Origin: Nitrospirales bacterium
Lineage (GTDB): Bacteria; Nitrospirota; Nitrospiria; Nitrospirales; UBA8639
Length of the DNA stretch: 64,000 nucleotides
Reading direction: 5' to 3'
NCBI GenBank assembly: GCA_965203295.1
Contig: CBDBCZ010000009.1
Span: 96,001-160,000 of the forward strand
Within the stretch, counting starts at the first letter, position 1, and the number at the start of each line of letters is the position of its first letter. The position numbers and the translations under genes were made by a program. The notes under the pieces are model-generated. The model worked only from the letters and a program-made list of their open reading frames with translations. It did not search any database and was not told the DNA's origin. Shown here in pieces: positions 25,086 through 36,554 of this stretch.

Positions 25086-28030
25086 GATTGATCGAGGAAG
25101 GGACAAGAACTGCAAACTATGCTCCAACTTACTACTTGTGTTGTTGGCCACATGGCATGGCGAATTAATGAAAACATGTGACTGACATTATTACAATCAT
25201 GTTTTGGGTAGGAACGTACAATTTAATGTTAACACAACAGCAGCTCACATCTTTTAGCCCACCTGTCATTAAAACACAATTTTATGTCAGTCACAGAGCT
25301 TATTATTAATCCACCATGCCACGTGATTAGGTGATACTGATATTGTTGAGACGTGCTCAGTTGGCACATAAGTATGTCTGTAGTAATGAGTTTAAGTGGT
25401 TTCGTGTAGAGCAATTAAGAAACACACATACTCACATCCATCTTTTGTGACTAGGGAATACGACTGCCATACATACTCTAAATTAATCCCACAAATGATG
25501 GAATTGATTGTGTACTACTGGTGTAAGAACAGGCAAACGCCGAACCAAACAAGAGGTTCAAATTGGTGGGTTTCAAACTGGAGGGTAGGGTCTGCATGCA
25601 TGCAACCACACCAGTCTTATCACTGTACTCATTTTTGTCAGCAATTGATTATCGTGACTATCCTCACAGTATTGTTGTGCATTATTTGCTTCCAAGCTCT
25701 AAATTGAAGAACTGGGGCCTAAAGAATTAGGCTACATTGATTAGACATCGTAACAGATTATTTCCGGATATTGTGCTGCCATATATCTAGCTAATATGAA
25801 TAGTGATTGCACACCTTGTTTCATATTCTGTGGCTGATTATTTTTGTGATGTCATTGCATTCATAGAATTTCCAGTTTGCTCATACTCGAGAGAGATCGA
25901 CGTGAGTATGTGTGTTCTTTAGTTGCTCTACAAGAAACCCATTTAACCTCATTACTACAGGCATACTCATGTGCTCAATTTGCACGTCTCATTGAAGTCT
26001 ACGTTCAATCAATGTATGGATTGTAAGATGTGTGAACTGCTGCAGTGCTCACTGTCAGTCACTTGGGTTCCTATACAGCACACCCGACATTTTCAGTGCC
26101 ATGAATGATGCAAACCTACATGGACTGTGTCCTATGTACGTACTACGTACAATCATATGCACTAAAATCAAAAAGTAAAGTTATAGCCCTGCCATTTTCT
26201 CATCCAATACCTTCAGAACTATCCAACATGATTACAGAAAGGGACTGTTGTATGGTTGACCCTACTCAACCCCTCCAAACCTTTTGCCTGTACATTAGAG
26301 GCATTGCATGTAATGCACAAGCAGATCTTTAAGGTTGACACAACCTGTTTGCTATTAGTAAACCTCCATGCTAATTACGTAGATCACCGCCAATATCCTT
26401 ACTTCCGATTATGTAGTGCTGCCTACAGGAAGGACAGTTGTGCCGGAGAAGTTTTCCATACCAATATAAGGCTTTGTACATTGCAGCTGACATGTGAAAA
26501 CAATATAGAGATGGGGCTGTGTATGTTGTGTTTATGCTATCTCTACACCTCAACGCGTTTATTTGCTTTATGGCACTTCCATCCCTACATCTTTTATTTC
26601 AATTTCTAGGCATTCAGTGCCTATCACTACAGTGATCAGTCATTACCTCATCAAGTAACTATTATTAGAATGCACCCTGGCTTCTTTTAATTGAATTCAT
26701 GAGAATAAATGCCCTTATCTTGGAATGTGTATCATTCCAGCTGCTGTGTGTGTGCTCTAATGCAGCCATATCACTGTATTGTTTTAATTGCTCTACAAGA
26801 AATCCACTTAAACTCAGACATTCTCAAGTGCTTAATGAGCTGGTCTCAATAAAGGACAGGTGTCAGGTGGATTGTAAGATTCAAACTGCTGTAGTTTTCA
26901 CAGACACATACCCTCCCCTGTCAGTGCCTTTCTCCAAAAATCTCTCTCTCTAGGTTCGAGCCCCATATGGCACTCGCAGCCACAACCACAAGAGCCAGTT
27001 GCGAACCCCGGTCCCGGTGCCACTTCGGTCACAAGCACTCCCATGGAGGTTGACTCCGTCCGTACCGATTACCACCTTGACGGGACAACCGGTGATCCGA
27101 CGCTGGTGATCGACCTCACCACGGCCACCTCCATACCAGAGACTCCTGAGCCCCCGCTGCCCAGTGCTCCTCCCCGCCCCCCTCCTCCCTGGCTGGGGAG
27201 AAGAAGTAAGTGGACTGCATACATAATAGCTATGTAGTCGATTATGTGTACTGATACCCATAGTATGGCTAGATGAATTCTCCTATTTTCATTGTGCATA
27301 GTTGCACTCTCTACAAGCGGCCAGTTCAACCAAACAAATTCAGAATATGCCGTTTACTGTTCCTTGATTGAACGGCTTTGTTGGGCTCAGTACAGGGCAG
27401 CAAAATATCGTTTCTGTCCCAATCAGATTTGGATTGTTACGGTCTAAACAAGGTGCAAATCATGCCTGTACAGTGTCTTTTGAATAGTTCTCAAGCAATA
27501 GAACGGAAGTATAGTATGCTTTCAGTTGCTAGTAACTCATCTGAGACAGATTCTTCGGCAGTTTTTAACCATTAAACTGGATTAACGTAAAGCAGTTAAT
27601 AGTGTCCCCACTGTTCAGAGATTCTCTCAGTTGGCAGTACAATTCAAAAATGAGCAAATCAAATACTAAATTTCAACAGAATTTTCTGTCTGAAATTTTT
27701 TCTACCAAACTGTTCATGCCTACGACACTGTACATAGCCAATACCTCGAACATTTTCAAAGTACTGCTGAAATTGAGGTTGGCATTAAAGAAGCTTAATT
27801 ATCACGACTGTCCTCACAGTACTAATAGTTCAGTTGTGCATTGCTTCAGAGCTTCAAATTGAACTGGAGCCTAGAAATTAGGCACCATTAATTGATTAAA
27901 CATCGTAATAGTTCTGGATATTGTGCTACCATGGCTACTACATATGCTCGCTCACCTTGTTGCTATAACTACAGATCCTGTGGCTAATTATAAGTACCCA
28001 AACTCCTATGCACATGCCAGTGTAATAATA
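24610..28030 (+). repeat. Segmental duplication unit B (upstream block of the gene family)
   Basis: Recurs at about 32990-35765 and about 42115-47440, with shared ORF-track translations such as MRINALILECVSFQ and YRKDSCAGEVFH. Confidence 0.85.
25488..25538 (-). pseudogene. Isolated ~50-bp internal fragment of the family CDS (around CT...TQSIPSFVG)
   Basis: cccacaaatgatggaattgattgtgtact matches paralog 5 at about 48098-48124. It is absent at the equivalent positions of the duplicated blocks (about 33760 and about 42975). Confidence 0.6.
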
Positions 28031-28402
28031 ACCCCTTCCAGTTTCAATGTGGAAATTCCAATTCCAGTTTATCTATTGAACGTTTTCTTTGATGCTTTAA
28101 GTTTCTATCAATGACGTTGATTTCCTTGAATAAAAACAGTGTAATGGTGCTTTTACACAAAAGTAATAAAATGCATATAATGTTTTAAGTTTTCAAATTT
28201 CATCTTCTTTTTCACTCTCTCCTATTTCCTCTTCCCCATCAACTTCATCATCCTCTTTCGCTATTTCTTCTTCGCTGTGCAGTAGCATTTCTTTTCCTCC
28301 AACCAAAAGCACATTTCTTCGTACTTTCATACTTGCTGTTGCAGCATTGTGTTTGTCTATGAAAGGGAATATGCCAGTCAAAACAGCAACATTGCTCAAA
28401 AG

Positions 28403-29040
28403 GATTGAATTTTCAATGATCATACTATTACAATCATTGAAATTTCAATGACAATAGAATTCCAAATACTATGATTACATAAAATTTTAAAACTAAGTTC
28501 ATTGAAACATCAATGAAGTCAAGATTCCAAACATTATGAAATTTTAATGACAATATGGTTACAAATCATTGAATTTTCAATGCCGATGGATTTCTAATAA
28601 CTATGATCATTGAAATTTCAATGACAAAATTCCAAAAAGTACGAAATTTGAATGACAAAAGGGTTCTAGATCATTGAATTTTCAATGACGATAGAATTCT
28701 AAAACATGAAATTTCAATGAGGACAATCATTGAAATTTCAATGAGGACAAGATTCTAAAAAATGACAAAAGGGTTCTAGATCATTGAATTTTCAATGCCG
28801 ATAGAATTCTACAAAACTATGATCATTGAAATTTCAATGAGGACAAGAATTAAATTTCAAGGTTCCAGATCATTGAATTTTCAATGACGACAGAACTTTA
28901 CAAAACGATCATTGAAATCTCAAGGAGAAGAAATTTGCAGGCCATGAATTTTCAATGTCAATATATTTCTAGAACTATATTCATTGAAATTTCAATGAGG
29001 ACAAAAGTCCTGAAACTCAATGACAATAGAATTCCAAAAG
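28403..29040. repeat. Array of about 13-18 palindromic TCATTGAAATTTCAATGA units
   Basis: 18-bp perfect palindrome and 1-3 mismatch variants, e.g. at 28433, 28566, 28607, 28671, 28727, 28781, 28823, 28870 and 28981, separated by related AT-rich linkers. Confidence 0.85.
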
Positions 29041-30717
29041 CTACAGCAAACACAGTCTCCAAGCAACACAATTAGTTGTGCTTGGCAATAACTCTTGCCA
29101 ACTAGATGGTTATTACACAGCCCAATATGAAGCACTACCAGAAGGCAACGACAAACACAGCGTCTCATACCGTTCACTGGTTCGAATTCCAAAATCCAGT
29201 CGTTTTCAGCTGACCATTGCTCTGCAATGTGTTGAATGTACGCATTCAGGTCTCCAGTGAAGACATTGACACAATTCTGTGGCACCCGCGCTTTCATGAC
29301 ATCCATGTTAGAAACAGCCACTCCAACCGGTTGTACTCCGTCTACTAGGATTCTACTACCTGGATAGGATACAAACAATACTACTAGCAGCAGAGAAGTA
29401 TGTTTCCATGAACCATACTTCATGTACATGCATCTCAGCCTTAAGGTAGGCAGAGCAGAACAGGCTGCAGCAGAATGCAATACTCTTCTCTCAATTCCCA
29501 CAAAGGCTCACCCCCACAGTGATATAACAATAGCTAGTAATACTAACCTGATGGTTTGGAGGAGGTATCAAACCAGTACGCCATCTCTCCATGCAGGCCT
29601 TCCTTTCGGTAGCTTTCCAGTACTTTGGGAAGCTCAACTGCAGAGGTGAACCCCATGATGACATACCCTGTTTCTCCTGCACCTCTGTTGATAGCCCGGA
29701 TGGTCCGCAACAGTTGTGCCACCTGTGTAATAACAAGGCAGTGCCTTCAAGCAACCAGAAACTTCTGCTAGCTAGCTAGTTACATGGAATGGAAAAGAAG
29801 ACATACTATAATACAGCATATTGTTGAAAGAAGAAACTCACCTCCTGGTCACTGCGACCACTGAGTCTCATGATTACGAGCGGAAAACCCGGAAATTGTG
29901 GCAGCAAGGTTGTGAGGCCCTGAAACGTCAAATCCTCAGGAGCCATGGCCAGGTGCATGCCGTGGTAGCTCCTCCCGTCCACAGTCAGCTCAATGCTCTG
30001 CGTAGCCTGGCAGTACAATATTGTACAAATTTCCACACTGGAACTGGAAGTGGTTTGTATACCTGATTGCCTAATTGGTTACATATCTGAAAGCACTTGT
30101 ACAGGCAAGAGGTTTAATAAGGTGGAAACTCAAGGGTAGGGTCAACCGCCCTTCCTTTTTTTACTGTGCTCATATTTGGATGGTTCTGTATAAGAAACAG
30201 TGATATGGATGGGCTATAGCTGTAGACTTTTTGTATGCATGTGTATGTAGTAACCTAGTTTAACTAGCTGCTACCTGATCAGAATGTCATATTCCTACTG
30301 AAAAATAACAGGCCCATAGGAGCCCTAGTGGACGTCAGTGAGTACTACTGCAATTCACATCTTACGTACATCTGCCTGTCTTGTCCAGACATCCGTCAGT
30401 GGGCACATGAGTATGTCTGTATAGTAATGACTTATTCATTATTAAGTGGCTTCTTGTAGAGCAATTAAGGAACACACAATCACATCAGTTTATGGAGTAT
30501 GAGCAACTTGGGAATACGTACATTCTATAAATACTCATCATCACAATGACATCATGAAAATAGTTTAGAGATGTCTCCATAGCAATTAGCAGCCAGGAAA
30601 GCAGATACAGGCCAGACTACACACCTTGTTGCCATAGCTTCATATCCTGTGGCTAACTATAAGTACCGGACTCCACACACACATGCCAGTTTGCAGGCTA
30701 CGACATTTAGCTATAAG

Positions 30718-31470
30718 TTGTAGCATGGTGAAGCCCTACATCAAAGGCGCCGGCGTGCCAATATTTCAGATATTGGCACCGGTGCGCGTCACACCGGTGG
30801 TATAACCGGAGATATTGGCACCGGTGCGCGTCACTGCAGTGCCACTGTATCCAATTAGCAACCGACCACTAAACTATTTTTAAGGCAGTGTAGTTCAATA
30901 GTAATAGCCATAAAGCTAGCCAGCTATAGCCTCGAACCAAAGCTAGGATGGTTGGGTTCGAGCTATCCTGTAGTCTTGTCGCGCTCTGGCTGAAATTGAG
31001 CTAGGCTGTGATTTTCCGGAAGGATTTTTCGATGATGCAGAGAACTAGTCTAGCATAGAATCTTCCGACAGTATCATGTCCATACAAATATCTCGTAAGT
31101 CACGAGCACGGCGATTCGCTCGTTCCATGATGGACTGAGCTACAACCGGCTCAGTGCTTGCCGGTCTACACTAGCTCACCGTCACTTAAATCATCAAAGA
31201 AAGAGTATGGAACTAGCTCACCAAAGTTCTCAATATCGCCGAAAAATCCTTTCCGAAAGTCAAGCCTAGCTCAATTCCAGCCATAGCACTACAAAACGCC
31301 TACAGCTACAGATCGCTCAAGGCTTAATTGAATTGTTTTGCGTCACACTTGCCATGACAACAGCGTTTTACGTCACAGTTACCATGGTACTAGGGGTTGC
31401 CATGCTACAAATTAGTTATTGTATGGCTGCTCGTGCCATATGGCACTCGCAACCATACAATAACTAATAC
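30718..31470. mobile_element. ~750-bp hairpin-ended non-autonomous element
   Basis: Absent from the paralogous sites at about 6395 and 53870 (ctataagttgtggaaat). TTGT on both sides. Left end ttgtagcatgg is inverted at 31400-31410, immediately before a 58-bp imperfect palindrome (31411-31468). Confidence 0.75.
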
Positions 31471-31891
31471 TTGTGGAAATATTAACACAGGATTGATTGG
31501 TACTTCCTTCCGTAAACCCACTGTTATGCAATATTTGAAATTGTTACCTACCTAAGGATACCTATGACCAAATGTGTATTTACGTAAGAAAAGCTTCCGC
31601 ATCTTGATTTCAGAACTTTATTGTTTAAAAAAATCTGATAATGACAAACAAGAGAAACAGCTACACCAACAAATAGGTTAACACTAGTAACTATCACAAA
31701 CTGAAGTATAAAACCAAGGGACTGTAAATAAAAATATTTAGCCAAGGGCCAGTCGAACCCATGACAGGGAAAAAACTATAGTGGACAAAAAAAAACTATA
31801 AGTCAGCTGAAAAAAAAACTCACCATAGAAAAACCCAAAATATAAGATTACAACACTACTGTAGTTACATTATTTTACAACACTGAAGTAA

Positions 31892-32965
31892 TTATTGCAC
31901 AAAGATCTCAATCAGTTCAATGGGGGTGTCCTCAAAGCTGAGCGGCTCACTGCCACATATTCTCACTTCGATGTCATCAGTTGTCGGCTCAGCTACGCTT
32001 TTGCAAAAGAATGGTGGACCATTCAGCTCGCAGCAAGTACTTCCTGACCCACAGCCCTCTCCATCCCAGAGTGGGTCACCATCAGGGTAAAATACACCGT
32101 GACTATAGTCACCAGTAATACCAGTCTCACAGAAGTAGTCCTGCCCCACGAAAGAAGGAATGGATTGTGTACTTTGACTACTGGTGCAAGGACAGACAAA
32201 CTGAGGAAAAGAACCTGACTCCGTGAGTGAACCAGCAAATGTCCAAACATGCTCTTTTTCAGTTCCACGTGTGATAACCACTCCGTCCACAAAAGGGTCC
32301 TCTATTCTAGTGAACCGTGAGATGGAATAACTGTAAAATGCATCAGGATGCCCAAACTGGTAGCCTATAATTCTGCCACAAATGTGAGAAAATGAGATGT
32401 TGTAAGTACTGAAGGAGACTGAGCTGCAGCCAGAGTTTGACACAGTTTCATTGGTTCTTCCGCACGTTCTCATTGGCTCTGTGAACTCCCTCCATGCGGG
32501 CGGGCACTGGTGGGTAGGGTCAGTCATGTTGAGGTAGGCCACACGAGACCATCCTCCAACACTAGTACTGTTACAACCACACACCCTGGCCATGTCGCAA
32601 TAGACCCGAACAGCTGTTCCATTAGCGCTTGTGATCCAGTAGTGCTCTGACGGGAGTTGGGGGTTGCACTGTGACACTTCAAGACAGGATGATGCTGGAT
32701 TCTTCTGGACTTGACCTGGACAGTGTACGTCAAGTATATCACTGCGAACAATGCTCAAAACGTCTTCAGCAATTTCAGCTCTGGCCATCTCCAGTTGCTC
32801 CTCAGGAGGACAGACCTGCCCCCCTCCCTCCAGTACTGTAGCAGAATAACTCACTGGTAGTGAGTGGTTGTCATGCTGGCTAGTCACACCTTCCTGGCAT
32901 AAAGTGAGCTGAAGTTTTGCAGCTAGAATGAGTGCAAGTACTGTGTACAAAATATTCCTACTCAT
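31892..32965 (-). CDS. Same family, paralog 3 (357 aa from the second ATG)
   Basis: The ORF track starts at 33007, but that ATG lies only 4 nt from the TATA box (33011-33017) and is probably not transcribed. The ATG at 32965 (MSRNILYTVLALILAA) aligns with the starts of the other paralogs. Confidence 0.9.
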   Translation of the reverse strand: MSRNILYTVLALILAAKLQLTLCQEGVTSQHDNHSLPVSYSATVLEGGGQVCPPEEQLEMARAEIAEDVLSIVRSDILDVHCPGQVQKNPASSCLEVSQCNPQLPSEHYWITSANGTAVRVYCDMARVCGCNSTSVGGWSRVAYLNMTDPTHQCPPAWREFTEPMRTCGRTNETVSNSGCSSVSFSTYNISFSHICGRIIGYQFGHPDAFYSYSISRFTRIEDPFVDGVVITRGTEKEHVWTFAGSLTESGSFPQFVCPCTSSQSTQSIPSFVGQDYFCETGITGDYSHGVFYPDGDPLWDGEGCGSGSTCCELNGPPFFCKSVAEPTTDDIEVRICGSEPLSFEDTPIELIEIFVQ

Positions 32966-33010
32966 TTTGGCTAAACAGCTTGAGTGTGATGGTTGTGAGT
33001 GGGACATGCC

Positions 33011-33017
33011 TTATATA
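33011..33017 (-). promoter_or_regulatory. TATA box of paralog 3
   Basis: TATATAA in the conserved context gggacatgcc-ttatata. Confidence 0.7.
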
Positions 33018-35777
33018 CTGTAAGAATGGACCAAATTAAGGCACGTTCCAGTGGAGAGAGGCGGACATGTACAAATTATTACCTGGCGCCACTGAAGATT
33101 AAAACATTACAGTGTATGGCGGGCAATTTCTGTGATAAATAGCTTTATTACAGCACACACACAGCAGCTGGGATGAAACACATTCCTGACATCCTAAGAT
33201 AAGCATGAATTTAGTTACAGGAAAGCCATTATGCATTCTAAAAATAGTCACTTGATGAGGTAATGCAGTACTCTACCTACTGTCACTGTAGTGATAGGCA
33301 CTGAATGCCATGGCAAACTTCAGACTACATACAAATCAGACATATTGGTCACGTATGTATTAGCCACCTTACAGCTAATGCCACCCATCAGCTCCTGTAA
33401 TATACGTAGCAATATGCATTGAGAGTCACAATTCATAATTAAAATTGCCAATCTGGACACAGAATAGAATGGGGAAGGGACAAAAATTGTTTTGTTGGCC
33501 GCATGGCATGGCAAATTAATGAAAACATGTGACTGACATAATTAGCATGTTTTGGGTAGGAACGTACAATTTAACGTTAACACAACAGCAGTTCACATCT
33601 TATAGCCCGGCCACCTGATATTGTTAGGACGTTCTCAGTCAGCACATAAGTGTGTCTGTAGTAATGAGTTTAAGTGGCTTCATGTAGAGCAATTAAGGAA
33701 CACACACACTCCTGTCCATCTTTCATGACTTGGGAATACGACTGCCATACATACTCTAAATTTAAAACAACAATAACACAGTTTGGAGACGTTCCCTTAG
33801 CAACCAGTAGCCAGGAAAACAGAGAGAGGCCAGACTACACTGCACTGAAAACAAACTCCAGACCATAGGGGTAGCCAGACATGAGTGAAAGAAAGCAGCA
33901 GATACCACAGGGCAGAGGGAGATCATGCAGACTAACAAGATCATGCACACTGGCTGCTGCATGAAATCTTAACTGCTATTGTATGATTATGTGCACACAC
34001 ATACGTATGCACTTGCACACATTCTTCCATGTAAGTTTTCTAATGTTGCCATACACAGGACACTCCCAGAGCACCATATGTACTACACTCTCACATTCAT
34101 CACACATAACTTACACTGCTTATCATCATTTGTATCTCTACGTATGTCTTTCTGACTCTTCATTCAGACCATTAGTACCCAACCTAAACATAAATCGTGT
34201 TCCTGGATCCCCAACCCCCTGCCTGCAAGTAATTCTTGATTTCTATTTTCTTACAAAAAGATTTGTACAGATTCAGTTTAACTTTACTATTAAAGCGATT
34301 AGTAAGCCTTTATATCTCAATGCTACATCTACTGTCTGTAAGAAGAAACTTACATGGTAATCATCAACTAATATTTTCTGACTGTCCAGCCTGCCTAATC
34401 AGCCATCATTGTACTATTACACATGCATATCTCAGGCAAGAGGTTTGGTGGGTTTCAAACTGGAGGGTAGGGTCAATCACACCACAGTCCCTTCCTCTTA
34501 TTACTGTACTCATTTTTGCCAGCAATTGATTATCATGACTGTCCTCACAGTACATTAGTTTAGTTGTGCATTATTTGCTTCCAAGCTCCAAATTGAAGAA
34601 CTGGGGCCTAGAAATTAGGCTACAGTAATTAGACATTGTAACAGACTATTTCCGGATATTGTGCTACCACATAATATGAATTATAGTAATTGCACACCTT
34701 GTTGCCATAGCTTCATATTTTGTGACTGATTATTTTCATGATGTCATTGTGATTATAGAATGTATTTCCAATTTGCTCATACTCGAGAGAGATCGACATG
34801 AGTGTGTGTGTTCTTTAATTGCTCTACAAGAAACCCATTAGTACAGACATACTCATGTGCCCACTGAGCACGTCTCAACAAAATCAGCGATCAATTAATG
34901 TATGGATTGTAAGTGCTGCAATGCTCACTGTCAGTCAAACCTACATGGACTGTGTCCTAAGTACGTACATACGTACGTACGCACTAAAATCAAATGTTAA
35001 AGTTATAGCTCTTCCATATTATCATATTTTCTCATCCATTACCTGTAGAACTATCCAAAATGAGTACAGGAAGAGGCTGTTGTATGGTTGACCCTACTCA
35101 ACCCCACCAAACCTTTTGCCTGTACATTAGAGGCATTGCATGTAATGCACAAGCAGATCTTTAAGGTTGACACAACCTGATTGCTATTAGTAAACCTTCA
35201 TGCTAATTACGTAGATCACTGCCAATATCCTTACTTCCGGCACAAACCATTATGTAATGCTACCTACAGGAAGGACAGTTGTGCCGGAGAAGTTTTCCAT
35301 ACCAATATAAGGCTTTGTACATTGCAGCTGACATGTGAAAACTATATAGAGATGGGGCTGTGTATGTTGTGTTTATGCTATCTCTACACCTCAACGCGTT
35401 TGCTTGCTTTATGGCACTTCCATCCCTACATCTTTTATTTAATTTTCAATTTTTAGTAAGCTATTGGTAGTCTACAGTTTGCCAGGCATTCAGTGCCTAT
35501 CACTACAGTGATCAGTCATTACCTCATCAAGTGACTATTATTAGAATGCACCATGGCTTTCTTGTAATTAAATTTATAAGAATAAATGCCCTTATCTTGG
35601 AATGTGTATCATTCCAGCTGCTGTGTGTGTGCTCTAATGCAGCCATATCACTGTACTGTTTTAATTGCTCCACAAGAAACCCACTTAAACTCAGACATTC
35701 TCATATGCTTATTGAGCTGGTCTCAATAAAGGACAGGTGGGTTGGAAGATGGAAACTGCTATATAGTCTTCACTCAC

Positions 35778-36010
35778 TCCTCCCCTCCCCTCCCCTCCCC
35801 TCCCCTCCTCTCCCCTCCCCTCCCCTCCCCTCCCCTCCCCTCCCCTCCCCTCCCCTCCCCTCCCCTCCCCTCCCCTCCCCTCCCCTCCCCTCCCCTCCCC
35901 TCCCCTCCCCTCCCCTCCCCTCCCCTCCCCTCCCCTCCCCTCCCCTCCACTCCCCTCCCCTCCCCTCACCTCCCCTCACCTCCCCTCCCCTCCCCTCACC
36001 TCCCCTCCCC
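35778..36010. repeat. (CCCCT)n pentanucleotide tract
   Basis: Direct reading. Confidence 0.95.
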
Positions 36011-36554
36011 TTCCTGCCTGTAACGAACTATTAACTTTATCACTATGTATAGCCTATTGATGTGTAGTTAATGTAAGGTACTGTTAATGGGTGCTAGTTA
36101 TTGTTCTTTTTGTTTATTGTGTATGTTGAAGGTGTGATGTTCATTGCTATAAAAGGTTTGGTGTTGTATTATATGTAGTTATCCTCCATTATTGGGTTTG
36201 GCTGCAGGAGTTGAAGTTGCATGTGTAGTGGTATGCGCCTGTGTAGGGTTTGTGGCTCGGCTAGGCTACACCGCCCCACCCCACCCAGCATCTGGGTTGG
36301 ATGTACTGAAGGAGGAGGAGCCATAGGAGGAAGGGGAGGGGCATGCCAATACACACCTCCAGATCACTGATATGTGATTAAGAGATATATGTGTGAAGAC
36401 CACTGGCTCTCAAACATTATCGATACATGTTGGGGTAATGCTGTAGTCAGCCATATGTTGAATGGATGATGTAATGTACTACACTGAGCACAGTGTCTCT
36501 ATGGCGGCAGTAATGCACCTCTTTATCTACAAGCTCAGAGTAAAGGGAGAGTTG

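Noticed and set aside
28403..29040. CRISPR array (palindromic repeats containing ATTGAAA)
   Set aside because: The linkers are homologous to each other and irregular in length, the repeats are only 18 bp and degenerate, there are no cas genes, and the context is eukaryotic.
32966..33007. N-terminal extension MSHSQPSHSSCLAK (also 42096-42137 and 7919-7942)
   Set aside because: The upstream start is adjacent to the TATA box or is non-ATG, and it is not conserved across paralogs.
35531..36034. Extensin-like PLPSP and RGG-like ORFs
   Set aside because: Translation of a (CCCCT)n tract that is absent from the paralogous blocks.
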